Source: Thecamonas trahens ATCC 50062 (Eukaryota; Protista; Apusomonadida). Taken from it: a stretch of 64,000 nt of DNA. The notes under the pieces are model-generated. The model saw only the letters and a program-made list of their open reading frames with translations. It ran no database searches and was not told where the DNA came from. Location of the stretch: assembly GCF_000142905.1 (NCBI RefSeq), contig NW_013657670.1:397498-461497 (forward strand), in the 5' to 3' direction. This document shows positions 17,711 through 28,420 of this stretch, piece by piece (positions within the stretch are counted from its first letter, which is position 1; the number at the start of each line of letters is the position of its first letter). Made by a program: the position numbers and the translations under genes.

Positions 17711-18939
17711 GCAAACTTGGACTTGAGGTACTTTTCGACATACTTTTGGATGCGGCGCTTGCACGATGGCGAGACAGAGTCGGGTGCCATGTCACCGTCG
17801 CCGAGCTCACGAGTCACAATCGACTTGCACATTGACTTGATGGCGGCTGTCATCCGCGACTTGCTCACACGAAGCGCGTTTGCCTTGACGTAGATGTTGG
17901 CGGTGCGGTGGACAGCCTTGTGGACCGCAGCCTTGAAAAGCACACGATTGTCGTCGTCCTCCAGCCATCGCTCGGCCACGTTGGCAAACCTGTCCAGCGA
18001 AGCAACCGCCTGCGAAGGCTGGCTCGACGGCACCTGCTCCGGGGCAACCGGACTTTCGTGTGCAGTGGGTGGCTCTTCCTGCTGCATTGGCTCCGCCGGA
18101 GGCAGCGCCTCGGTCGCCTCCACCTGACGCTGGTCCCACACCTGGACTGGCGCGGCAGCCTGGCCGAGCGGAGTCTGCGGGGCCTGCACTGGCTCGGGCT
18201 CGGGCTTGGCGGCGACAGCCGGGTCCCTACCCCGATCGCGCTGGTACCGGTCGTGGCCGCGGTCGCGATCACGAGATCTGTCGTAGTCGCGTGTCTCGCG
18301 CGAGGCACGACCGCGGTCTCTTCCCCATTCCCGGGCGCGGTCTCTTCCCCGGTCCCTATCGCCACCACGATCGCGGTCCCTGTTGCCACCACGATCACGG
18401 TCCCTGTCGCCACCACGATCACGGTCCCTGTCGCCACCACGATCGCGGCCCCTGTCACCGCCGCGGTCCCGGCCTCTGTCACCTCTATCCCTAGGCCGGG
18501 CCTCCCTCGACCGCGACCGCTCCCGTGCCGGATGCTTTTGCTCCAGATGTCCACTGTGGACCGCACGGGCGGCATCATGATCGCCTTTTTGATCATCTCT
18601 TGGCGGTCTGATGACCTGCTTCGGAGCGCGCTGTGGCTCTTGCTTCTGCGCCTGTTCCTGCGGCTGCGGCTGCGGTCTCTGGGAGCTGACCTGTGCCGCC
18701 CTGCTGATCGCCCGCTCGCGCTCCAGCGCGGGCGGACGGACAAGTCGGCCGGCCAGCCGAGCTGCAGACGACGTAGACTGTCCGGGCGGAGATGCGGCAT
18801 GAGCAGGCTTAGCAGTTGAAGGCGCGGAAGACGATACTGGTGAGGAGGAGGAGGCTGGCGGTGCTTGAGGCGAGGGGCCCAGACGGGAGAGAATGGCTCT
18901 GCGGTCGAGACGGACCCTTGCGGGCTGAGAGTCAGCCAT
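17707..18939 (-). CDS. RD/RG-repeat protein with C-terminal SRI-like (Pol II CTD-binding) domain
   Basis: Low-complexity N-terminus and RDRGGD repeats. C-terminal LFKAAVHKAV...IKSMCKSIVTREL...CKRRIQKYVEKYL resembles the SRI helical bundle of Set2/RECQ5/SCAF-type proteins. Confidence 0.7.
   Translation of the reverse strand: MADSQPARVRLDRRAILSRLGPSPQAPPASSSSPVSSSAPSTAKPAHAASPPGQSTSSAARLAGRLVRPPALERERAISRAAQVSSQRPQPQPQEQAQKQEPQRAPKQVIRPPRDDQKGDHDAARAVHSGHLEQKHPARERSRSREARPRDRGDRGRDRGGDRGRDRGGDRDRDRGGDRDRDRGGNRDRDRGGDRDRGRDRAREWGRDRGRASRETRDYDRSRDRDRGHDRYQRDRGRDPAVAAKPEPEPVQAPQTPLGQAAAPVQVWDQRQVEATEALPPAEPMQQEEPPTAHESPVAPEQVPSSQPSQAVASLDRFANVAERWLEDDDNRVLFKAAVHKAVHRTANIYVKANALRVSKSRMTAAIKSMCKSIVTRELGDGDMAPDSVSPSCKRRIQKYVEKYLKSKFA
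18351..18490. repeat. Coding 24-bp minisatellite (about 5 copies; RDRDRGGD on minus strand)
   Basis: Unit ggtccctgtcgccaccacgatcRc repeated in tandem. Confidence 0.85.
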
Positions 18940-18991
18940 TTGGGGAGTAGGGTGGGGGGAGGGGAGGGGTGGGGTGGGGGGAGTGTGGAGT

Positions 18992-18992
<1 letters not shown>

Positions 18993-19032
<40 letters not shown>
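18993..19032. repeat. (GT)20 microsatellite in a divergent intergenic region
   Basis: Uninterrupted GT run, flanked by G-tracts and, downstream, by (CAC)n and poly-C. Confidence 0.95.
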
Positions 19033-19034
<2 letters not shown>

Positions 19035-19348
19035 GAGGGGGGAGGGGGCGAGTGTGCCTGCGGAAGAGTCTGCCACCGGCTCACCCCCACCACCATGACC
19101 ACTGCCATGACCCACTGCCATGACGCCCTGATTACCATCATCTACCACCACCACCATCATCAATCACTACCACCACCACCACCACCACCATCGCCACCAC
19201 CATCATTATCCGTGCCATCTCAACCGCCATCGATGTCACCACCAACATTCCTGTTCCCCCCCTCCTCCTTCCCCCACCTCTCGCTCCCCCTCTCCCCCCC
19301 CCCCCCCCCCCCCCCGCCCCCTCCCCACTCACCTTTACCACCACCACC

Positions 19349-19888
19349 ATGGCAGCATCAAGAGTACTGGAGATGGACGACAGATGCGGAATGGGCAGTG
19401 AGGAGGACGGGGTGGACGAGGGCGAGGCCTGGGTGAGAGCCACGACGGTGGCGCAGGTGCGGAGCCGCGGCGCTGTCCAGACACAAATAGACGGTCGTGA
19501 GGTTGTGCTGGTCCTGGCGCCTGATGGATCGGTGGCCTGTCTGGACGCTCGATGCTATCACCACGGCGGCGAGCTTGCTCCGGGCAAGGTGAAGCACGTT
19601 GGCGGACGGGCGTGCATTGTGTGCCCCTGGCACAAGTACCCGATCACCCTCGATACTGGCGAGGGTCTCTACACTGCCCTCGATGGTGTTGTCAAGTCCA
19701 AGGGCGTCATGCAGCGGGTCCATCCGGTCCGCGTCACCGACAATGGCCACATCTGGGTCCGCCTCGCTGTTGGCGGTCCTCGCATAGAGTCGGACACCTA
19801 CGCCGATCCGCAGCCAGAGCCTGACGCTGACGGGGTCGTCGTCCTTCCCAACGGCGCCCGGGTCATCTACCCCCAGCCACGCTCGTGA
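19349..19888 (+). CDS. RFESD: Soluble Rieske [2Fe-2S] domain protein (RFESD-like)
   Basis: Rieske ligands CYH...CIVCPWH followed by KYPITLDTGEGLY and SKGVMQRVH, as in RFESD. Confidence 0.88.
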   Translation: MAASRVLEMDDRCGMGSEEDGVDEGEAWVRATTVAQVRSRGAVQTQIDGREVVLVLAPDGSVACLDARCYHHGGELAPGKVKHVGGRACIVCPWHKYPITLDTGEGLYTALDGVVKSKGVMQRVHPVRVTDNGHIWVRLAVGGPRIESDTYADPQPEPDADGVVVLPNGARVIYPQPRS

Positions 19889-19933
19889 CCAGGCGTTTAG
19901 TACGCTGCACCGGCGCAAGAGCAAGCGGCGGGG

Positions 19934-22900
19934 CTACGAGGCTGCAAGAAGACGCAGTGAGAGCGGGCGGTCCGAGGTCAGCACGCCAGCCATGTGGCGG
20001 ATGTAGACACGGCGGCGGCGCTGCCGCTGGATGAGCGCCGCGTCGCGTGTCGCCAGCCGTTCCAGCATTAGCTCGAGGTCGTCCTGCACCTCTGGCGCCT
20101 CAAGCGCAACCTGCGCCCGAAGCGGCGTCGAGTGAACGCTCTCGCTCGACGGCGCGGTGAGTGCCTGCGCCTGTGCCAGGAGCTCAGCGTGCGGAGCCTG
20201 TGACTCGCCTGCGTACGATGCGAGCTTGGCCACCGCCTCGGCCCGCTCGCCGAGGCTCTCGAGCACGTCATCGGCAGTGCGGACGGCCGACCTCGCAATG
20301 GCGCTGCCGAGATCAGATTCGGCGTGGTACAGCGTGTTCCACACGATTCCCAGCTCCTCCAGGTCATGAAACTCCCACATCCATGTCTCAAACACTTCGA
20401 GAAGCTCGTTGGGTCCTGCCGCCAGTCGCCCGCCCGACGCCCAGTAGAACCAGGCCTGCCGAAAGAGCTTTCCGAGAATAGCAAACACCTCGAGCTGCGC
20501 ATCCGGCGAGTCGCCCTCGCCCTCGGCCGCTGCCAACCGAAGGCCGGCTAACGAGTCGGCAGCAATGACACAGACAAGCGCGGCGACGACCCGGATGTAG
20601 TTCTTGAACAGTGTGGCATCGCCGAGCTCGCCTGCCTCCGCCGCTGCATTCACCGCGCTCGACGACAGACGACAAAACGCGCCAACGGCGTCATCGGCCT
20701 CTTCAACCAACGCGGCCAGTGGAGGCGCACGGCTGCTGGCCAGAAGCGGCGTGGTGCCGTGCGCATACAGGCTCGTCATGTACGCATTGAGCGCATCGAG
20801 CGCCGTGCAAAAGCTCGAGTCGTCGGCCTCCATCGGCCATGCCTGGCAGAGCTCGTCAGTGAGCTGCTGGACAAGCGCAAAGCAGACGAGCGAGTCGATG
20901 GCGGCGCGCTCGAGCTCGAGCGTCTCGAGCAAGTTAAACGCGGCATGGGTTTTGTCAGCGACAGCGTCGGCGGTCCAGCCGAGCCGATTCAGCAGCGCCG
21001 GATCCTCGAGCACCTCGTCAAGCACTTCCTTTTCCGAGAGGACCCGGGAGTAGGATGCCTGCCAGCGAGCGCGGAGGTCAAGCAGCTCAGCAACCGGCGT
21101 GCTGACTGAAAGATCGTCGCCGATGATACGCTCGTAGAGGACGTGGCGGCGGTGTGCGAGTGTCGCCATGGTGTACGGCGCCTCGTGAAAGGCAAAAACT
21201 TCGCGAGTGTGCGACATGACAGTCCGTAGGCCAGGGTCGTTGAGCACCTCAAATGTGAGGCTCAGAAGAGGCACATCGTCAGCGAGCCGTGCGCTCCCGC
21301 CGTGGACTAGCGCGTTCGACGAGGCCAAGAGCCGAAAGCCAACAAGCTGCTTGACATGGAGGACGTGTACATAGGCGTGACCAACGTTGGCAACAGCGAG
21401 CAGGTCCAGTACCAGTGACGCCGCCAGGACCACTCGCGTGGCAAGCAAAAGAGTGAGGACAGGTATCATGGACCGCTCGCTTGGCGCAAGCGCCGCAAAC
21501 AGGCCCGATCGGAAGAGGCCCTCAGTCACCGCCGGCGTCATGTCGACGTCCTGCACCGCTCGCCACGTCGGCACAAACGACGGCGCCACGCTCTCTACCA
21601 CTATCGAGACAACGCACTCGAGGCCGTGGTAGGCCTGCACAAGCGCGCCCGGGGCGGACCAGTTGATGACTGAAGCACCGCCTGGTGCGCCTGGCGCCCG
21701 CTGATCCGACACCCACCCAATGCCAAAGACGGCGCGGAGGAGGTCGGCGAGCCGGTACTGGCCGATGGCCACCAAGACAGCCACTGCCTCGCGGACGTAG
21801 CTTGCCGCCAGCCACCCGAGATTGGTCTCAAACCCATCAATCGAGGCCGGCATACAAACACCAGCGAAACTGAGACGCAGGAGCGAGAGCTCAAACGCCA
21901 CCGCGAGCGGGCGGCTTTCGGTCCGACTGCTCTGGCCAGCGCGGGCCATGCCGCCGGAAACATGCAGCGCAGCGCGGGCGAGCTGCAGCGTCGACGACCA
22001 CGCCGATGGCCGCTTGATCCCGGCTGCAGCGAGTGCCAGCTGGGTCCGTCCCACAAGCACGTCATGGATCCGCAGCACCGCAGCCCACGCCGGCTCGCAC
22101 TCGCCTGCCTTGGCCAACGCAACCAGTTGTGGGGTGAGCGCCGGCCAGTCACTGCTGCTGCTCCCGCTGCTGTCAAGCATAATGCCGTACAGCTGAGCGA
22201 GGCTCCCGCCCTCGATGTCGATCTGACTCAAGAGCGCCGCATACCGAGCTTCCGAGTTGATGAACGGGAAGAACTTGCTGCCGACGTGGGCCTCGTGAGC
22301 CAGCACAAGCTTGGCCAATGCAGCGAGAACGGGTGGGCCGAGCAGCGGCTGGTCAAACTGCGCCAGCGGCAAGTGATTGACCAGCGAGACTGGAGTGTCA
22401 TCGAGCGCCTTGAGCTGCTTCTCGCCGTTGAAAGCCGGACGTGTCTCATCCGATGCCCACATCTCAAGCGTATGGGCCAGAAAGTGCCGGGTCGAGGCGC
22501 CGCCTTCGCGCTCGCCCTGAATCCACATCCCGACTAGCGTCTCGCGCAAACTCACCGCAAGCGGCAGGCTGCCGGGCTGCAGCAGGGTCTCGCCCAAGCT
22601 TCTTGAAGAGGCTGAGCCTGCGGTAACGCCTGCTCTGATGCGCGCCATCGCCCGCCGGAGCCACCACGCTTCCCACGGACGGAGCCGGATTCGCGGCTCA
22701 AGTACCGCCGAGAGGACCGCAACGCCATCTCTCACAAATGCACCTCCATTGCCGTTGCTGCTCTCACGCCGCTTGCGCACCAGCCGGATACCAAAGGCAG
22801 CCCCCGCTCCAACAAGCAAGTCAAACGAGACGAGCGAGACGAGGAGTGCCACCGCGTCAGCAGAGACGGCATCGCGCGCGCCAGATACCACTACCGCATG

Positions 22901-23707
22901 AGTCGCCGACAGCACCGCATGTAGTGAGCCCACGCTCGGGGAGTGCAGAAAGAGAAAGATGGCCGAGGCCATCTCGGGCGGGACAACGGCAAAAGCCGGT
23001 GGACGCGGAGGGACGGCGACGCTCAGCATGTAGCCGACCACAACAGACTCACTCTCTGCATCGCCCCTTCCCTCTGAGCGCAGCACCAGCGCTAGCTCTG
23101 CCCGCGCTCGCCAGCTATCCAGCGAACTGAAGTCTGGCCAGTGCGCTGCGCGCTTAGCCTCTGCTCGCCACGCCCTGCACACACCGGCAGCCGCAACCAG
23201 ATGGCGGGGCGCCGTGCTGAGCCAGGGAATGATGAGCGCAGCGAGGCCTGCCCATCCCCGGCGTGAGCCCATGCTCGCGGCTGTATCACTGGAACTTGCA
23301 GTACGGCTTGCATCTGAGCCTGCCGGTGTGGTCGGGTCGGCCATGGCCCGGGCCGCCGCGCACGAGCCTGCAATGACAGCGAGCGAGACAAAGAGCGGCG
23401 AGGCGGCGTAGTTGTGATCAAAGGCAAGAAGATGCGTGACCCCAACAGCGAGCTGCGCTCCGATGAGAGGGGCCGGCAGGCGCTCTGGAAGCGAGCGAAA
23501 GGCGCCGTATCGGTCGTCGAACCGCGAGAGGCCCGTGGAGGCATTGTCGCCGCGGACAGCGAGTCGCGCCAGGGCGTCCATGCCCTCGAGGGCAGCAAAG
23601 GTCAGCTCGTGGCCGGCGGCATCCGAAGGAGGCTCGTCCCCAATCACACCCAGACCAGCCGCAAGCACATGGGCATGTGCCGCACATACCTCGTCGTGGC
23701 TCTCCAT
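19934..23707 (-). CDS. Large (about 1250 aa) hypothetical helical protein with an F-box-like motif
   Basis: Uninterrupted Ala/Leu-rich ORF of about 3.9 kb. LIIPWLSTAPRHLVAAAGVCRAWRAEAKRAAHW fits the F-box pattern. Probable start MESHDEV at 23707 (ORF extends to 23899). Confidence 0.75.
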   Translation of the reverse strand: MESHDEVCAAHAHVLAAGLGVIGDEPPSDAAGHELTFAALEGMDALARLAVRGDNASTGLSRFDDRYGAFRSLPERLPAPLIGAQLAVGVTHLLAFDHNYAASPLFVSLAVIAGSCAAARAMADPTTPAGSDASRTASSSDTAASMGSRRGWAGLAALIIPWLSTAPRHLVAAAGVCRAWRAEAKRAAHWPDFSSLDSWRARAELALVLRSEGRGDAESESVVVGYMLSVAVPPRPPAFAVVPPEMASAIFLFLHSPSVGSLHAVLSATHAVVVSGARDAVSADAVALLVSLVSFDLLVGAGAAFGIRLVRKRRESSNGNGGAFVRDGVAVLSAVLEPRIRLRPWEAWWLRRAMARIRAGVTAGSASSRSLGETLLQPGSLPLAVSLRETLVGMWIQGEREGGASTRHFLAHTLEMWASDETRPAFNGEKQLKALDDTPVSLVNHLPLAQFDQPLLGPPVLAALAKLVLAHEAHVGSKFFPFINSEARYAALLSQIDIEGGSLAQLYGIMLDSSGSSSSDWPALTPQLVALAKAGECEPAWAAVLRIHDVLVGRTQLALAAAGIKRPSAWSSTLQLARAALHVSGGMARAGQSSRTESRPLAVAFELSLLRLSFAGVCMPASIDGFETNLGWLAASYVREAVAVLVAIGQYRLADLLRAVFGIGWVSDQRAPGAPGGASVINWSAPGALVQAYHGLECVVSIVVESVAPSFVPTWRAVQDVDMTPAVTEGLFRSGLFAALAPSERSMIPVLTLLLATRVVLAASLVLDLLAVANVGHAYVHVLHVKQLVGFRLLASSNALVHGGSARLADDVPLLSLTFEVLNDPGLRTVMSHTREVFAFHEAPYTMATLAHRRHVLYERIIGDDLSVSTPVAELLDLRARWQASYSRVLSEKEVLDEVLEDPALLNRLGWTADAVADKTHAAFNLLETLELERAAIDSLVCFALVQQLTDELCQAWPMEADDSSFCTALDALNAYMTSLYAHGTTPLLASSRAPPLAALVEEADDAVGAFCRLSSSAVNAAAEAGELGDATLFKNYIRVVAALVCVIAADSLAGLRLAAAEGEGDSPDAQLEVFAILGKLFRQAWFYWASGGRLAAGPNELLEVFETWMWEFHDLEELGIVWNTLYHAESDLGSAIARSAVRTADDVLESLGERAEAVAKLASYAGESQAPHAELLAQAQALTAPSSESVHSTPLRAQVALEAPEVQDDLELMLERLATRDAALIQRQRRRRVYIRHMAGVLTSDRPLSLRLLAAS

Positions 23708-24030
23708 AGAGGGTGGGGTGTCTCGCCCTGCCAGGGCGCAAGGCCGCCGCCACAGCAGTGGTTGGTGCCCGCGCTCAAACCCAGCTGCTCTCCCTGACAC
23801 ACCAGCATCGCCTACGTCGCCCACATCGCCTTCCACAAACACATCAAGGACATCACCAGCCACATGCATGGCCATCACTGCTTGCATCACCCGCATCAAT
23901 ACGATCGCTCATATCAACCACATCGACCGCCGCCGGCATCGGCTGTCAGGCAGGGTACTCACGACGCACGACCTCACTTGCACAAGTGGCCGCGGGAGAG
24001 GTGGCGAGTGCAAAATCCTGTACAGCGGGC

Positions 24031-25152
24031 ATGGCTGCGGATGGGGACGATGCGGTGCGGTGGCTGGCCCAGGCCCTCCAGAGCGAGGCGAGACTGGACA
24101 AGTTGCTGACCATGACTTCCGCCGAGTGTGGCGACGGCGAGCAGAGAACAGAAGAAGCTGAGAGGGGGCATCGGCTGAAGCGGGCGCGAAAGGCAAAGGG
24201 CTTTGCAAGGACACTGCTGAAGGCCGACGATCAGCTGCCTGAGGCCCGGCGGGTGGCGATGGAGAACGAGGTGGCGGCGGTGGCGGCCGAGTGGCCCGAA
24301 CTGGCAGAGCTGGTCATGGAGGATGCCGTAGCTTTGCTTGCCGAGGGCTTTGCGCCGCAACAGGACCGGCCACCACTCCACCCTCTGGAGGAAGAGCTGG
24401 TGGCAAGGACCGAGGCCATGCTGACTGTCGAGGAGCGGGAAGCGCTGGATGGGTCGACCGAGCGAGAGACTGAGGTCGGGCGCAAGATCATGGGCGATGG
24501 CCCCGACACGCCGTCGTTCGCCTACCCGAACGGGCGGTCACTGGCGGGGCATCTAGCGAAGCAGCTTGTGACAAACCGCGGGGTGCCGCCCCAGCTAGCG
24601 GTCCCGCATCCGTGTTTTGAGCTGCGCGTGGTAAGCGAGAGCGAGGCGCGCGGGCTTGCGGACCTCGCCGCGGCGATGACCGAGTACGCCGCCGCTCCCT
24701 CTACGTCTGCTGCTGGCAGGGTAGCCGAGACTGGCGCTGCTTGCCCCCACGCATGCTGGCGGGTCATGGGCTTTGCGATGACGGCGGCAAGCCTGGTGCG
24801 CCCGCTCCCGCAGCGCGCCACGCTCATTGCCGCGTTTGAAGCGCCGGTTTACGGCGCCAAGCGCCTGGTTGGAGCGCAGCTCTCTGCCGGCGCGCGGGCA
24901 TGGTCCAAGCATGTTGGCCGGACACCCGATGGGCGATGGCCCGAGGTCTGCGGCTCGGTGGCCGAACGCAACGCCAAGGCGCTCGAGCTCTGCATCGGGG
25001 TGCTTGACGACGTCCGCTGGCTCAACATTCACCTTTTGTACACTGGAACGCTTGTGCTCGAGATGCGGTCAAGCGGCGGGCGAGGGATGCGGTGGCTGGC
25101 GGACGGCTCGCTTTTTATCGGCTTTCTCGAGCCGCACGAGTACAGAGCGTAG
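24031..25152 (+). CDS. Hypothetical protein with C-terminal GARAWSKH...FIGFLEP domain (plant ASCH-protein C-terminus / bacterial toxin-tip-like)
   Basis: Probable start MAADGDDAVRW at 24031. The last 90 aa, LSAGARAWSKHVGR..W..G..N..WLNIH..LEMR..G.GMRW..DG.FIGFLEP, match from memory the C-terminal domain of plant ASCH-domain proteins. Confidence 0.75.
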   Translation: MAADGDDAVRWLAQALQSEARLDKLLTMTSAECGDGEQRTEEAERGHRLKRARKAKGFARTLLKADDQLPEARRVAMENEVAAVAAEWPELAELVMEDAVALLAEGFAPQQDRPPLHPLEEELVARTEAMLTVEEREALDGSTERETEVGRKIMGDGPDTPSFAYPNGRSLAGHLAKQLVTNRGVPPQLAVPHPCFELRVVSESEARGLADLAAAMTEYAAAPSTSAAGRVAETGAACPHACWRVMGFAMTAASLVRPLPQRATLIAAFEAPVYGAKRLVGAQLSAGARAWSKHVGRTPDGRWPEVCGSVAERNAKALELCIGVLDDVRWLNIHLLYTGTLVLEMRSSGGRGMRWLADGSLFIGFLEPHEYRA

Positions 25153-25190
25153 TCCAGGATAGTGTGCTGCTGGTGTGGAACACCGCCAGT

Positions 25191-28164
25191 TTACCAGTCG
25201 TCGTCGGAGCCGAGCTCCTGGACGGTGTCGGCTGGGAGCTCGGACTCGTCCTTGATGGACATGACACGGTGCGCGGCGCGCTCCTGCTCGGCCGAGAGGG
25301 CGATGGTCTTGCGGCGCTTGCGAGACGGAGCCTCCTCGGGCTCGTCGTCATCGGACGAGCTCTCGTCGTCGTCAGAGCTGTTGGAGCTCTCGTCGCTGTG
25401 CGGCTGCGAGCGCTTGCGCTTGGCGGAGCCGGCGTGGTCGTCCTCGTCGTCCGCGCGCGGGTCAGTGGCGGCTTCGAGGGCCTGGCGCAGGGTGTTGTGC
25501 TCGGCCGGGTCGAGCTTGTCGTCGTCGTTGCCAAAGGTGGCGGCGGCGGCGGCATCGTCGGCGAGGCGGGCGCGCTCGGCCTCGTGCTCCTTGAGCTTGG
25601 CGACGTAAGCCTTCTGGATGGGCGACTTTGCGGTGTTGAGGCCGGCCTCAAAGGCCTCCACGGCGGCGGTGTCGCCGGGCGCAAAGGTGATGGAGTCGCG
25701 CTTAGCGCGGATCCAGCGGGAATGGTTGCCGATGGCGGAGATGAGGTAGGCGACGCGCTTGCGGAGGGCGGGCGCGATAGCCTTGTTCCTGGAGAAGGTA
25801 CGGACCGAGGAGAGGACAGGCGCCAGAAGCTCCGGGAAGGCAATCGTGCCAGCGAGCGAGTGGGCGTGGCGGAGGAGGATAAAGGCGACGCGGTCGACGA
25901 CCGAAGTCTTGAAGGCGCGCGAGGTGGTGTACGACTTGGTCACCTTGACTACGATGGTGAGGTCGATGGGCTTGGTCGTCGACGCCGCCGACTTTTTGGC
26001 GAGCGACTCCGCGTGGAGAATGGAGAGGAGGGCGGTGGCAGCCGGGGTGACGAGGCCAGTAGCAGCGGCAAGGTTGACAAGGTCCTCCATGACGTGCAAG
26101 TGGAGCGGGAAGTAGCGGGCCGACGGCGCAAGAGTGGCGATGCCGGACAGGATCTGGATCACCGGGTAGCGGAGCGGCTCGAGCTTGTCCGAGTCCTTGT
26201 ACTGCGCAAGGATCTGGGCCCAGAGGCGGAGCGAGTGAACAACCTGCCAGTTGTAGACGGTGGCGAGCGAGGACTTGGACTGGGCCGAGATGGCGGTGCG
26301 GAGAAGGATGGCGAGCTGGCGGATGTAGACAAAGGCGTGCTGGTACGAAGCCTCGACGTTGATACCAAAGAGCTCGACCAGACAGTTGCGGAGGAGCTGC
26401 TGGCGGGCGGCGGTGTGGGCGGCGGTGTGCTTGACCTCGCGGACAAAGGCCATGTACGAGCGCTTGAGCGCGTCATTGATGAACCAGGCAGGCAGGTTGA
26501 GCGCCATGGTGCGGATGGTGAGGAAGGCGTGGAGCATGGTGTCCTCCGACTCGGCACGGGCCCAATGCGCCACAAGGGTCTTGAGCAGCCGCTTGGCCGT
26601 CTTCAGCTGGTGCTGCATGAACGGAATGAGCGCGTCGAGGTGGACAAAGACCAGACGCAGGATGGACGGGTCGCGGACGCCATCGACAAACACAATGAGC
26701 GTCCGGAGGTACGACTGGACCGTGCGCTTGATACCGACAAAGCCCGGGACCTTGGACGGCACAGCCCGCGGGCCGGGCGTGTACGGCTTGCGCTGCGAGC
26801 CGCGGCTCCGCGCCCGCTGCGACTGGATTTGGAGGTAGGCGTTGAAGATCTTGTGCATGTTGCGGAGCGAGAAGAGGACAATCATGTTGAAGACTGCCTC
26901 CGACTCGACGCGGAACCGAATCTTGCCCAGGGCCTTGGTCACTGCGGCCTCGTTCTCATCGCGCTCGGACCGGGTGCTGGCGGCCTGCCCGCTGGCGTCG
27001 ACTGTCATGGCCACTGCAGACTTGAACGCCGCCACAAAGGTACGGATCCGGCGCGGAGTCAGCTCCTTGGTCACAAGCAACTTCTTCCACTGCGAGTACA
27101 TCTCTGCCGAGATGACTGGCAGCTTGCTCAGCGGCATGTCCTTCTTGCGGTTGCGCTTCTCCTCGGCCGCAGCCTCGCGGAGGAGCTCGGCCTCGGCCGC
27201 AACCTCTTCCTCCTCGCCGTCGTCCGACTCGGCGGCAAAGTCGAGAAGCCCGGCGTCGTGCTCCTGCAGAAACTTGAAAAACTCCGGATCCTGCTCCGCA
27301 AGCTGGTCCATCTGCATCTTGTGTTCATCAACTACCTTGGCACGCGCGTTCTTGGCGCTGCTGGCCACGTTGTTCGACGCGTCGTCCGATGCGCTGCCGT
27401 CGTCCGACGAGCTGAAGCCATCGACGCCAAACTTGGCCACCAGATCGGCCTCGGTCACGCCTTCTCCCTCGCTGCTCTCGCCCTCGTCGTCGTCGCCATC
27501 CGAGGACGCCTCCGCCGCGCCATCGTCGTCATCATCGCTGTCCTGCATCTTCTGCATAAAGCCCTCAAAGTCCAGCCCGGCGTACTTATCCTTCTTGCTC
27601 CCACGAGCCGACTTGCCAGCCTTGCCGGCCACGGCATCACCAGCCTCGACAGCCATGGCCAGCATCTCATCAGCCTCGTCCGACTCTTCGTCCTCGGGCA
27701 GAGCCGAGATCTTCGGCCGCTGACGCTTGTTCTTCTTCTTCTTGCCCTTCACTCCGAGCTCGGCCGCGCCCCGGGCCTTTGCTTTGGACCTCGACTCCTC
27801 CTTAGCCAGCCGGATAGCCCTACGGATGGCCTTGCTCTCCTCACGCTCAGCCACATCCTTCACCACTTTGCGCCGCTTGAGCTCTCCCTTGAGGTTCTGT
27901 GCGTGTGAAGGGGAAGGGGGTGAGCAATGCGGTAGGATTGGGGAGGCGGGGACTGGGTGGGTGGGGAGGGGGGGGGGGGAGGGGGTGACCATCCTCCCAT
28001 CCATCCGCCATCTCGCCGACCTAGGGGGGGGGGGGCAGGAGCAGGGGGGGGGGGGGACAGGGGTGGGGAGGGGGGAGAGAGAGAGAGAGAAGAAGGAAGA
28101 GGGAAGAGGTAGTACGTACCTTGTTCTCATACTTCTTGGTGGCCTTGTCCTTCTTGCGCACCAT
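25191..28164 (-). CDS. NOC2: Nucleolar complex protein 2 (2 exons: 28164-28120 and 27896-25191)
   Basis: Spliced N-terminus MVRKKDKATKKYENK|NLKGELKRRK. Motifs QLAEQDPEFFKFLQEHD, YQHAFVYIRQLAILLR, VYNWQ, PLRYP, RYFPL and IAFPEL. Confidence 0.93.
27897..28119 (-). other. Spliceosomal intron in NOC2 (223 nt, GTACGT...CAG)
   Basis: Donor AAG|GTACGT, pyrimidine/C-rich body, acceptor CACAG|AAC. Removal gives an in-frame Noc2-like N-terminus. Confidence 0.85.
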
Positions 28165-28420
28165 TGTCCCTGTGGCGGAAAGACGAGTGACAAAGCCCTG
28201 AGCGACGGGCCTGGGGCTGGCTCACCGAGAGGGGCTGACTCGGCTTGGCTGGGCAGGGCTGGCTGGCAGGATGGTGACCCGTGGCGGTGGTGATCAGACG
28301 CGACACGACGACTGGTAGTCCTGCCGCTGCCCCCACCATTGCGCTTGCCCCTCCCCTCTACCCCTCCGACCCACCTACGCACCATCTCCTACCACTTTAC
28401 TCTACTCTACCCTCAGGTCT

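Noticed and set aside
25092-27908. 938-aa plus-strand ORF
   Set aside because: Antisense shadow of NOC2. High GC3 codon bias suppresses stops on the opposite strand, and there are no recognisable motifs.
27897-28385. Pro-rich N-terminus of the 1064-aa NOC2 ORF
   Set aside because: Read-through of an intron and 5' region. The spliced model matches Noc2 better.
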